From: Octopus bimaculoides
Taxonomy: Eukaryota
Length of the DNA: 34,639 nt
Reading direction: 5' to 3'
NCBI RefSeq assembly: GCF_001194135.2
Contig: NC_068986.1
Span: 53,024,922 to 53,059,560 of the forward strand
Shown here piece after piece: positions 11,073 to 22,370 of this stretch; positions within the stretch are counted from its first letter, which is position 1, and each line of letters begins with the position of its first letter. The notes beneath the pieces were generated by a model. That model saw only the letters and a list, made by a program, of their open reading frames with translations, had not been told where the DNA came from and did not search any database. The position numbers and the translations under genes were made by a program.

Positions 11073-11923
11073 TCAGCTCGTCCAGTGTATTCTTTGAAAA
11101 ATAATTAGCATAAAAAATAGGTCATACTTTCTTCAGTCTTTCTTCAAAAGGTCATACAGTCTTCAGTCTTATTTGAATCTTTGAGAGGTTTTTCCTAGTA
11201 GAAAATAAATATGAATTAATGTTTTTTACAAGGACAGGTATTACGATCATTTACTTCGATTTTAGAAGAGATGAAGAATCATATTATCAATTCTGTCAAA
11301 AGAAACTTCCCAATTATATTTCTGAATTTGAAAAACATCGTTGCGTCAGAAATGATTATCTTCGTATATTATAAGCATACTCACAATTCAACGCTGTTCA
11401 ATACTTTACATGACACAAATATTTAGTATCAAACATAGATATCCATGTGCCGTTAAGTCGTGGATAAACTCGTGGTCATCAAGTTTGCGACAGAATTTCG
11501 ATTCTCTGAGAAGCTATTAAATGTCGACTTTTGGCTTGTATTTGTCATACAAATACTTGTAGTATAGAAACATTGACTCAACTAGACTGATTCCTTGCAT
11601 TCAGACATTAATAAACACGATATGAAAACGAAGTCTTCGGTGTTGTTCTCAGACCATCATATGGTTTACAATAGACTATACATCTATGTTATATTATCAT
11701 ATTAAAGTTAAGGTATTGTTTACATACGGGTTCAACTGGTCAATATCAAACCAGTTACCATACCATCCGCTCCAACAGTCAGCTTCGTGTTTCATATGCA
11801 CATTAGAGATGGTTGAACCCTCCACCGGTTGATTTTAGTCTTGTCCTGAATGTTAAACACGTCAAAAAGAAAGAGCTATTGTTGGTTTTATACATGCATA
11901 TACACACACACATACATACACTC

Positions 11924-11991
<68 letters not shown>
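11924..11991. repeat. (GATA)n tetranucleotide repeat
   Basis: Directly visible, about 16 units. Other (GATA)n tracts at ~494-510 and ~28479-28522. Confidence 0.97.
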
Positions 11992-12273
11992 GTATTCTTT
12001 CATAACACAATATACTGAAGAGATTAAAGATATTTTGTTATCCTTACTTTCCCCCTGGTAAACAGCCAAAAGTTACTATTATCGCTCGTGGTATTCACGA
12101 ACACATTCTAGTCTAATTCTGTCCTCATATAAATAAATGTATAAAAGAGGTTGATACAGCTGCTACATACCACTAAAGTTTCACATTTTGGAGTGTAGCA
12201 ATGTCAACAACTCACAAAACTATGAGATATAACATATTCGAAACTTTTTAGTTAAATAACTCCGAAATATCCG

Positions 12274-12482
12274 TTTCTAATCTAGCCACAAGGCCCGAAC
12301 TTTTTAGGGAATGGGGTTAGTCGATTAGATCGACGTTAGTACGCAACTGGTACTTAACTTATCGACCCAGAAAGGATGAAAGGCAAAGTCGACCTCATCG
12401 GAATTTGAACACAACGTAAAGACAGACGAAATACCGCTAAGCATTTCGCCCGGCGTGCTAACGATTCTGCCAGCTCGCCGCC
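12274..12482 (-). mobile_element. Family B SINE, young and near full length
   Basis: Minus strand GGCGGCGAGCTGGCAGAATCGTTAGCACGCCGGGCGAAATGCTTAGCGGTATTTCG..GTTCAAATTCC..GTCGACTTTGCCTTTCATCC. Confidence 0.93.
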
Positions 12483-12504
12483 TTCATAAATCCGAAATAC
12501 TAAT

Positions 12505-12720
12505 TTATCTTTCATTTTTTACTTGTTTCAGTTATTGGACTTCGACCATTCTGGAGTACAGCCTTAAAGGGTTTAGTCGAACAAATCGACCCCAATACAT
12601 TTATTTTTAACTTGTTATTCTCTCGTTTCCTTTTGACGAACCGCTACATTACGAGAACGTAAACAAACCAACGCCGGTTAGTTTGACAAGCAAGAGGATG
12701 GGAACAAATTCAAGCATAAA
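12505..12720 (-). mobile_element. Family A SINE, 3' half
   Basis: TTACTTGTTTCAG..CTGGAG..TTTAGTCGAACAAATCGACCCC..GAACCGCTA..ACGTAAAC is the reverse complement of 7935-8127. Confidence 0.8.
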
Positions 12721-12811
12721 TACGCACACATAAATATATTCACACGCACAACTGTATATATGTCATAAACAAGTAAATAATATATATATATATAGTATTT
12801 AAAACTGGAAT

Positions 12812-12851
<40 letters not shown>

Positions 12852-13129
12852 CATATCTGAATATATGTGTGTGCGTGTGTGTGTGTGTGTGTGCGTGTGT
12901 GTGTATGTGTGTGTGTGTGTATCTTTCAATACAGGTACCAAATAATCTGAAAATGTTGTCTAAGCTAGCCCCTTTCTGAAGTGGAGATATTTGGTTTTCC
13001 ACTATTTAGTGCTATGATACCGGAGTGAAATGTCGACCCTCGAAATCAATTTACGTATATTCTATTAGGGGGAAAGTTTGTATTCGTATAAATACTTAGA
13101 CTTTGGGGAGCAGACTTAACCAATCTCAC

Positions 13130-13280
13130 CGTTTTGCCCTTGGGTACTTTAATCGGATTTTCTTCCACATCTCGTTGCAAGTATTGGGGCAAGGTCTCCT
13201 GTTTTTGAGGATATGAACATATTCTTCATGGCGGATCCCGCAAAGGATATGAGAGGAACTCTTTCTGCCTTTCCTAATGC
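13130..13280 (-). CDS. Candidate internal coding exon (151 nt), product unidentified
   Basis: Acceptor ATTACATTTCAG|, donor ACG|GTGAGA, one frame open throughout (phase 1 to phase 2): xIRKGRKSSSHILCGIRHEEYVHILKNRRPCPNTCNEMWKKIRLKYPRAKx. Non-repetitive and more GC-rich than its flanks. No homology recognised. Confidence 0.35.
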
Positions 13281-13972
13281 CTGAAATGTAATTTTTAAAT
13301 AGCATCAAGCAGAAAGCTTGTTGATAGCTAAAAGCACAAGTTTCAGAGAAAATGAGGGGAAAAATCTATATAATTAGCCACTGGAGAGAAAGATAAAAAT
13401 AGAGAGTAAGAGATCATTGAGTGGAAGATGATTACTTCGACCATTGTTTTAGGATCAGTCTACAACCATCGTGCAATGGGTGTTCGTGTGTGTCTGTGTA
13501 TGCATATTTTGTGTGTAAGTGTGTGTACTGTCTTAACACTAAACACTTTGTAAAAACAATTCTCTTATAATATCACATTAGTCGTACTAACTTCTCAAGA
13601 AATGTTTTGCTTTCTATAATTTACTCTACTAGAGATATGAACTAAAAAAAGACGCCGAATACGCCATTCATCACTCTCTAAGAATAAAGTAAAGGCTCGT
13701 TTGGCAACTGACAGATAAAAAAGACTCCATTTAAAGCTCGGTTTCCATCGCAACCTAAACACACACCTCAAATTTGTTTGTTGTTGTTGTTGTGGCTGTT
13801 GTTGTAGTTTTTATTGTTGTTTCCTGTTTGTATTTGATAATGTTCTGAAACCGTTATCTTAATGGTGCTTCCTTTCTTTGCCATTCCTTTCTTTTTATTT
13901 TTCTTTAGTTTTTGTATCTATTCATAAATGTATGTTTAGATCTCTCTCTCCCCCTCCCTTTCTCTCTTTCCT

Positions 13973-14015
<43 letters not shown>

Positions 14016-14104
14016 TCATGTTCCTAAAACATGAGTTTAGTGATTTCATACAAAAACTACCCGGAATTTGTATATAAAAAGAGCAAATTGTTTTGAAGTA
14101 GAGC

Positions 14105-14630
14105 ATAACGAATGAAAAAGAAGACAGACAGATTGACGGAAACAGAGGGATAACGTGAGAGAGATGGATGAGAAAGAAGAGAGAGATAGATGAGAAAGAA
14201 GAGAGAGAGGGGAGAGAAGAGGGGGAGAGGGAGGGAAAGACGGACTGAGTGAAATAAAGAACGAGAGAGAAAGTGAAATACTAAGGAAGAGAAGAGGTAA
14301 ATCATAAGTGAAGAGAGAGAAATAGATAAAGAGGAAAATAGAAAGATAGACAGACAAACAGATTGACGGGGATAGAGTGAGTGATGCAGTGAAGGAGATG
14401 GATGGAAAATGAGAGTGAGAGAGATTGACAGAGTGAAATACAGAACGAGAGATAAAGAGAAATAATAAGACTGAGAACTGCATTATGAGTGAAGACGGAG
14501 GAATAGAAAAAGAGGAAAATTAGGAGACAGACAGACAGACGGATAATTAGACAGATAAACAAACAGAGGTGGAGAGGCTGGAATAGGAAGAGAAAGAAAC
14601 GGAAAAAGTAGGAATATAGATGCTAGAATG
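14105..14630. repeat. Purine-rich (GA) low-complexity tract with a degenerate ~180-220 bp higher-order repeat
   Basis: Recurring blocks AGACAGACA..GACGG (~14124, ~14347, ~14526), GAGATGGATG (~14161, ~14395) and GAGTGAAATA.AGAACGAGAGA (~14247, ~14432). Confidence 0.7.
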
Positions 14631-14936
14631 ACAGACAGTCAGAGAATGTTTGCATATTAATCTTTTACTTAGATATATTATCACTCTGTATTAAGTATCT
14701 GTTTTATTATTTCTGCTGATTACATGCATTCTAGCAAGTAATTTACCAATGATGATACATGCAACCAATTTGCTACCAACACTAAAGCAGGACCATATGG
14801 AACGAGGAGTGAGATGTATGTTGCATCAGTAATGGCTATGTATCTTTAGAGGGGTTTGTGCATCTGTGCCATGTGTTACATATAAGTACATTCACATACA
14901 TAAATCCATACATACATACATACATACATACATATT

Positions 14937-15146
14937 TCTTTTGTTTTTTCTATTACTTGTTTCAGTCATCTGACTGCGGTATGCTGGAGCACCACCTTTA
15001 GTCGAAAAAATCGACCTGTGTAAGCCTAGTACTTATTCTATCGTTCTCGTTTGCCAAACCGCTAAGTTACGGGGACGTTAACACAATAACATCGGTTGTC
15101 AAGCGATGGTGGGGGACAAACGTAGACACACAAATACATATATATA
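14937..15146 (-). mobile_element. Family A SINE, 3' half, running into a gap
   Basis: Close reverse complement of 7920-8120 (TTACTTGTTTCAGTCATCTGACTGCGG..CCGCTAAGTTACGGGGACG..GTTGTCAAGCGATGGTGGGGG). Confidence 0.9.
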
Positions 15147-16769
15147 NNNNNNNNNNNNNNNNNNNNNNNNNNNNNNNNNNNNNNNNNNNNNNNNNNNNNN
15201 NNNNNNNNNNNNNNNNNNNNNNNNNNNNNNNNNNNNNNNNNNNNNNNNNNNNNNNNNNNNNNNNNNNNNNNNNNNNNNNNNNNNNNNNNNNNNNNNNNNN
15301 NNNNNNNNNNNNNNNNNNNNNNNNNNNNNNNNNNNNNNNNNNNNNNNNNNNNNNNNNNNNNNNNNNNNNNNNNNNNNNNNNNNNNNNNNNNNNNNNNNNN
15401 NNNNNNNNNNNNNNNNNNNNNNNNNNNNNNNNNNNNNNNNNNNNNNNNNNNNNNNNNNNNNNNNNNNNNNNNNNNNNNNNNNNNNNNNNNNNNNNNNNNN
15501 NNNNNNNNNNNNNNNNNNNNNNNNNNNNNNNNNNNNNNNNNNNNNNNNNNNNNNNNNNNNNNNNNNNNNNNNNNNNNNNNNNNNNNNNNNNNNNNNNNNN
15601 NNNNNNNNNNNNNNNNNNNNNNNNNNNNNNNNNNNNNNNNNNNNNNNNNNNNNTATATATATATATATATACTCTATATAATTTAAGAAAACTGTCTAGT
15701 CACAGACAGTGCACAACATTTCTACAGGTTCTCGGTACTGTGGTGTTATCTGTAAACAAATTAGACAGTATATACTTATATATTTAATGCACGCGCGTGT
15801 GTGTGTGTGTAAGAGAATATTTTTTTCAAGGTAACTCCTGAATATCTTAATGGTTCAGTGTGTGCTGACCTTATCAGCTACTGTTGCGCCAAAGCTAGTT
15901 ACTCGTTTAGCTACACAGTATATAGCAGTTATGAATGGACTGGTGGTGTTATATATATAAAAAAAAGTCTTTTGAAGTGTATGTTATGCACACTCAGTTT
16001 CTCTCTAGCACTACTTTCAAAATAGATTTGTTCGATGTCCCGAATAAAATACATAATTGCATTCTTTTGTTGAACCAATATACAAATGTAGAAATATCTA
16101 TTCCAAAGCGAGCATTTCGTGAATCACTATTGGCAGTTACGAGAACATGTCTTGTTCTTCAAATCCACGGAATCAATCGATGAGATTATTTTGCTCACTT
16201 CTCTCGCTCTCTTGTCTTAGTTTCTCGCTTTCTATAGCTTTTCCTTTGTCGCTCTCTCCTTCTCTCTCCCTTTACTTGAAAAATAAAAGCAAAAGGCAAA
16301 CAGAAAGTGAAACTAAGAAGAATATAGTATTTCGAATTACATCTATTGACGAGGTGATTTTTTCCCCAACATGTATATATAGACACGTGCACGAGGCATT
16401 AGCCGTGTATATATATGCATGTATGTAGATATACACATATATATATATATATATACATATATATAAATACATATATGTGTGTTTGTGTGTTTGTGTGTGT
16501 GTATAAAGAGAAACAGACAGACAGACAGACAGACAGATTCATACCGGAAACTAGTAATTCTAATCATTAAGAGGTTCTTTAACATTCTTTGAGATAACAG
16601 TACCATTTCGTCAATACAGTTGAATTTTATTTACTCTATTTTCAACTATTTGTTGTGGATTTTTATATACTTTTTTTATTCCACGACACACATGCATACA
16701 TATATACACATTTATGTGTGTGTGTATGTATATATATATATAATATATATGTGTGTTTGTGTACGTATG

Positions 16770-16806
<37 letters not shown>

Positions 16807-17866
16807 NNNNNNNNNNNNNNNNNNNNNNNNNNNNNNNNNNNNNNNNNNNNNNNNNNNNNNNNNNNNNNNNNNNNNNNNNNNNNNNNNNNNNNNNNNNNNN
16901 NNNNNNNNNNNNNNNNNNNNNNNNNNNNNNNNNNNNNNNNNNNNNNNNNNNNNNNNNNNNNNNNNNNNNNNNNNNNNNNNNNNNNNNNNNNNNNNNNNNN
17001 NNNNNNNNNNNNNNNNNNNNNNNNNNNNNNNNTATATGTATATGTATGTATGTATTATGTATGTGTGTATATATGTATGCATGTACGTATATGTATTCAT
17101 AACCAGGCCATTAATCAACAAAGCCAATGCCATAATTATAGGAATAGATGGACAATTCAGGAAATTACCCGAATGTCCTGCATGTTTCTAAGAAAAAATA
17201 TTCGTTTACTCAGCCATTTTATTATATTTGTTGGTCTTCATTGCAGCCTCCTTTTCAATCTCAGTCTTTATGTTTCATATTCTATATGTCTTCCGTTCCA
17301 TTAGCTAGTATTATCACCTAAAATAACTATGGAAAGTATTACATCCACGAACATACACAAACATTTACTTAAGAAGAAACATACTTACGCACACAGACTC
17401 ACGCATACACACATGCACATTTGTTGAAATATGCCTGAGCGTATATATGCTTATGTATGTATGTGTGTATGTGTGTATATATATGTATGTATGTATGCAT
17501 GTATGTATGTATGTGTATGTATGTATGTGAGTGTATGTGTCTAAGTATGTGTTCAGTAAAGCTATATTTAATATTTATTTGGTTTTCTTAAATGTGTGTG
17601 TGCGTGTGNNNNNNNNNNGTATGTGTGTATATATGTATGTATGTATGTATATAAAGGTTATGTTTAAAGCTAAAGTTTAGATAGGAGACTTTAAAATGTA
17701 GTATCCAAACCTTGTTTTGGGTATGTCACTAGTAGTGTGCCTTGAGAGTACGTTCACTAAATACGACTACCAGGCGTCATCTGCGGTACTACACTTTAGT
17801 CGCAAGATCTACGTAAGGAACTCCTCGGTGCATATTTAGTATATTTTAAATAATTGATAGGGAAGA

Positions 17867-17981
17867 CAGAGTGTGCTGTAAGCTTTATTTAGCAGGACGA
17901 TCGTTTCGGCTTACATCTGCACTGCTCCCTGGTAGGTGGGAAACGATATACTGGAAAGCCAAAAGCTTACAGTACACTCTG
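17867..17981 (-). other. 20-bp inverted repeat enclosing a degenerate minimal type-I hammerhead-like motif (Penelope pLTR-like)
   Basis: Arms CAGAGTGTGCTGTAAGCTTT (17867-17886) and AAAGCTTACAGTACACTCTG (17962-17981), one mismatch. Inside, the minus strand reads AGCAG-TGCAGA-TGTAAGCC-GAAAC-GATC-GTC-CTGCT-AAATAAA. Confidence 0.45.
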
Positions 17982-18034
17982 GCAATTATTTTTAAAATGT
18001 GTGTGCATTATTTCTTTTTCTAGTTGTACTTATT

Positions 18035-18170
18035 AAAGTGCGGCCATACTGGGGCACTACTTTGATCAATTATAGCCGACCGAATCGACACTAGTTCTTA
18101 CTGTTTAAGCGTGATACATATTCTACCAGTCTAAATTGCCGAACAAGGTACACAAAGACATAAACACGCA
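18035..18170 (-). mobile_element. Family A SINE, 3' half (old, internally deleted); probable partner of the head at 19748-19832
   Basis: GTGCGGCCATACTGGGGCACT..CCGAATCGAC..TATTCTACC..TTGCCGAAC..ACACAAAGACATAAACAC. Confidence 0.65.
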
Positions 18171-18845
18171 CGTGTGTGTGTATATATATGTGTGTATGTA
18201 TATATATACACACACACATATATATATATATATATATNNNNNNNNNNNNNNNNNNNNNNNNNNNNNNNNNNNNNNNNNNNNNNNNNNNNNNNNNNNNNNN
18301 NNNNNNNNNNNNNNNNNNNNNNNNNNNNNNNNNNNNNNNNNNNNNNNNNNNNNNNNNNNNNNNNNNNNNNNNNNNNNNNNNNNNNNNNNNNNNNNNNNNN
18401 NNNNNNNNNNNNNNNNNNNNNNNNNNNNNNNNNNNNNNNNNNNNNNNNNNNNNNNNNNNNNNNNNNNNNNNNNNNNNNNNNNNNNNNNNNNNNNNNNNNN
18501 NNNNNNNNNNNNNNNNNNNNNNNNNNNNNNNNNNNNNNNNNNNNNNNNNNNNNNNNNNNNNNNNNNNNNNNNNNNNNNNNNNNNNNNNNNNNNNNNNNNN
18601 NNNNNNNNNNNNNNNNNNNNNNNNNNNNNNNNNNNNNNNNNNNNNNNNNNNNNNNNNNNNNNNNNNNNNNNNNNNNNNNNNNNNNNNNNNNNNNNNNNNN
18701 NNNNNNNNNNNNNNNNNNNNNNNNNNNNNNNNNNNNNNNNNNNNNNNNNNNNNNNNNNNNNNNNNNNNNNNNNNNNNNNNNNNNNNNNNNNNNNNNNNNN
18801 NNNNNNNNNNNNNNNNNNNTATATATATATATATATATATATATA

Positions 18846-19743
18846 TGCGTGGTCTGATCAATAGGTATCCGGGCTATTGCTATAGTAACGAGGCTAAAGC
18901 ACGGAGAGTAAAGCCAATTAGCATAGATTGACCTTAGACGCTGTTGTGCAAGTGTACTAAGCTTTAACGTTCTAGCTTACTTCTGTTATTTACAGCAGAG
19001 CTCGGAAAGAAGATGTATAGCGTATGATCGTTGTATTGACCATGACAGAGAAGATTGAACGGAAAATCTGCATCAAATTTTGCCAAAAGTTTGGTGATAT
19101 TTGCTGAGAGGCCTACACAAAGTTTTAAAAAAGTCTTTATCGTTCTCGACACAATCAAGGAGATCTTGTGCAACTGAAACCCAAGTGTGTTTTTGGTCAA
19201 CTATAAGCAGTTTCGGCACAAATTTGGCAGACACGCGTCTCATACCCAAATCTTCACTGATAATGGACTGAACTGAACCGTAACTAATCTGCACATCCTC
19301 TGATAACTTACGGTTGGTGCTTCGACGATTTCCCTTCACTGCTGCACGCACATCTGCGATGTGTTTTTCATTTCTTCTAGTTGCAGGTTTCCCAGAACGT
19401 TCGTCAACATCGACATTTTTCGGCTATCTTGGAAACGTCTCAACCACTCGTACACTTGTGTGTGGCTCACACTCTCCTCTCCATACACTTTCTGCAACTT
19501 TGCGTAGTCCTCTGAGCAGGTATCACCATGACAACTTTCTCTGTCATTGTCAATGCGACGATCATACGTTACACACCTTCCTTCCAAGCACTACTGTAAA
19601 TAGTGGAAGTGAGATAGAACGTTAAAATTTAGTGCGCATGCACAACAGGGTTCAAGGTCAATCTCTGCTAAGCGGCTTTACTCGCCGTGCTTTAGCTTCT
19701 TTACTATGACCACAGTCCGGATTCTTATTGATCAAACATCGTA
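18846..19743. mobile_element. Non-autonomous fold-back mariner composed of two inverted 5' ends
   Basis: The left arm (18846-~19130, plus) and the reverse complement of the right arm (19743 to ~19490) align at about 80% over the first 100 nt (hand count 20 mismatches). Both begin with a TACGAGGTCTGATCAATAAG-like TIR and run into ATGACAGAGAA. Bordered by TA. Confidence 0.88.
19140..19547 (-). pseudogene. Mariner transposase N-terminal fragment (HTH region), frameshifted and truncated before the catalytic domain
   Basis: Frames encode DTCSEDYAKLQKVYGEESVSHTQVYEWLRRFQDSR and RRSTNRKLSEDVQISYGSVQSIISEDLGMRRVSAKFVPKLL. The latter is the mariner WVPxxL-type linker. Confidence 0.92.
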
Positions 19744-19747
19744 TATT

Positions 19748-19832
19748 CAACGGACGTCTTTCAGTTTCCATAATAGACACTTACCCAAGGTGCTGCCTAT
19801 TGGGACTGAAGCCAAAACCCTGTGATTAGGAA
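19748..19832 (-). mobile_element. Family A SINE, 5' half (head plus CORE-like block)
   Basis: Minus strand GAAGTTTGCTTCCTAATCACAGGGTTTTGGCTTCAGTCCCAATAGGCAGCACCTTGGGTAAGTGTCT..GGAAACTGAAAGACGTCCG matches 7740-7880. Confidence 0.75.
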
Positions 19833-19843
19833 GCAAACTTCTG

Positions 19844-19881
<38 letters not shown>

Positions 19882-20960
19882 GAGGGAGAGAGAGAGAGTA
19901 TATGAGTCACAGAGAGAGAATTACCCTCGACTCAACGGCTCAATAGGGAGATGTTAATGCCGAAAGACCGTTAAATCGAACGCAATCAAGCAGTCGCAAT
20001 TATTTTTATCGTTTTTACGTAAAAACATAGCTTCACAATTCTAATAAACTACTGCGCAATAAAAAGTCATAAATTAAAGAATGTCATCATTAGTTTCTTT
20101 TTAGACTCTAAACTTGAGGAGTGTTTTGCCGTAATGATTTTGCTAGTGCAGTAGTGTTTATTTAAGACCTGGATGTAGAAGTAATGCAAAATCTTCTGTT
20201 TCGGGCGTTTCTGAAATATGGTCGACCGGTGGGACTGATGTTCGTTTGCTCATACAGACAGCCGCTGGAAACAAAAGCGGAATAAGAGTCGGTGAAGTTA
20301 GTTTCAAGAAAGTGTCTACTTATTTCTCATTCTAACGTTATTTTTTTTTTGTAATGGTCGCCTTGAACTGTGAAAAATTTCAAACAGTGTTGGGTTTTGT
20401 CCGTGTTAGTGTAATTTCATAAATATGTTCTTTTGTTTCTGCTCTGCTATATAAAACTTCATTCACAATTTTTACATCAGCAATTTGATAGCCAGGAACG
20501 TTTTCATTATTTTCAAATAACACCTGAACATCAACTCAAGCAATTTTCCATTTGCCAGAATTTACAAAGAAGCGCTAAATATACTTAACTTCAAATACTT
20601 CAAACTTTAAATTGGGTCCAATGTTATATAGCAACTTTCATCCATTTGCCAAAATTGTAGACGTCATCTGAACACAGCAAAGCGATAAGGGAATGCTTAA
20701 TGCTCGTAGTGTCTGTAGTGGTTTATATTTTTTCGGTATGTTTGCCGTCCTCTAACACACCTATTATTTCCACCAAAATTATTCTCGTACAATTTCTTAT
20801 ATGGTAGAGCTATTTTCTGGTTCAATGGTTAAATTACTGAAAATATGCCAGGAGGCAAAAAAGAACTGACATTTAATTCTGACATTCCTATTAAATAATT
20901 TCCTAGCCTAAGTTTGACTAGGTGAGCCGTCAAGAAACAACAATGCTTTAGCAATATTCA

Positions 20961-21254
20961 TTTCAAAGTTTGGCACAAGGTCAGCAATTTCAGTCGATTA
21001 CATCGACCCCAGTGTTCAACTGGTACTTAAGGATGAAGGTAAATTCATCTCTGCAGAATTTGAACTCAGAACATAGAGACGCACGAAGTACCGCTAATCA
21101 TTTTGCCTAGCGTGATAACGATTCTACCAGCTCACTGCTTTAAAGGATGAAAAGCAAAGTCGACCACGGTAGAATGTGAATTCAGAATGTAAAGACGAGC
21201 GAAAAGCTGCTACGCATTTTGTACGTAAGGGTAACGATTCTGCCAGCACGCCGC
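20961..21254 (-). mobile_element. Head-to-tail dimer of family B SINEs
   Basis: Copy 21254-21141 is truncated after GTCGACTTTGCTTTTCATCC and directly followed by copy 21138-20961, which ends GACCTTGTGCCAAACTTTGAAA. Confidence 0.85.
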
Positions 21255-21934
21255 TTTAACAATATTTGATGGAAACTACAGAACATCTGTTTGGCGAACC
21301 TCACATCAAGGGCAAAGTAGGTAGAGATACATTCAGACCTATACATACGCATGCCCGTGATCCAGTGCATACAAACACGTATTCGTTCACACATACCCGG
21401 GTAAATTGGTAACACGCATAGTTTACCCCCACCACACCCCACCCCNNNNNNNNNNNNNNNNNNNNNNNNNNNNNNCCACTCACTACTATGCATTTCAAAT
21501 CATTATCTCACTTCATATTCGTCTTAAACTTACTTTACTTTAAACTTAACATTTCAACTCTCCGCCTTTCTATTTAACTTCTCGGTATTGAACCAACGTA
21601 GGAGCCTCTTCACTATTTCAAGATAGGCTAGAAATAACAGTCAAACGCCTTTCGAATCACAAACTAACGTCTTTAAATAAACAGACACGTTGAATAAATT
21701 GACTGCCAGAAACCCAAAAATACGTGATGGGCACGGTCGGAATATCCTTGACGATAGTGCTGATCGATCAGATAAGATCCACTGTGGAACAGTGACACTG
21801 AAAACTTTCAGTTTATTTTACTTGCGGAACACATTCAATTTCGTAACTCTACGATACTTTTCATGTACTCCTCTTACCATTTTTCTCTTTCTTCTTTGCA
21901 ATCTCACTCCCGTTCTTTCGTTCTCTCCTTCCTT

Positions 21935-21958
21935 CCACCTCTCCCTCTCACTCTCTCT

Positions 21959-22008
<50 letters not shown>

Positions 22009-22370
22009 CTCGCTCAGGCTCTCTATCTCTCTCTCTCTCTCTCTCTCACTCGCTCGCTTTCTCTCACACACACTCTCTATCTATCTATCTCTCCCTTTCT
22101 CTCTCTTGTACAAAGTCTCCTTCAATTCATCACACTCACGCACATACTCTGACCACCTTACTCTCTTTTACTAATCATGCTAATAGCATTGCTTCTTTAC
22201 TGCGATATTTTTTCTTATTTCTTGTCTTTGCTATTGTTGCTTTTCCCTTCTTTCTAGTCTATGCTTCGTTTCCTTCTCTCTTCCATATTACTCTACGAGA
22301 GTTCTTTTCTCTCCTCCATTTCACCCGTCTCCCCGTCTTTCTATCCTTCTCTCTCTGTCTCTTTCTCTCT
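21935..22370. repeat. Pyrimidine-rich (TC)n low-complexity tract
   Basis: Directly visible; explains the spurious 249-aa ORF. Confidence 0.9.

Noticed and set aside
14046-14562. Three minus-strand ORFs of 82-145 aa
   Set aside because: Translations of the purine/pyrimidine tract, rich in S, L and F.
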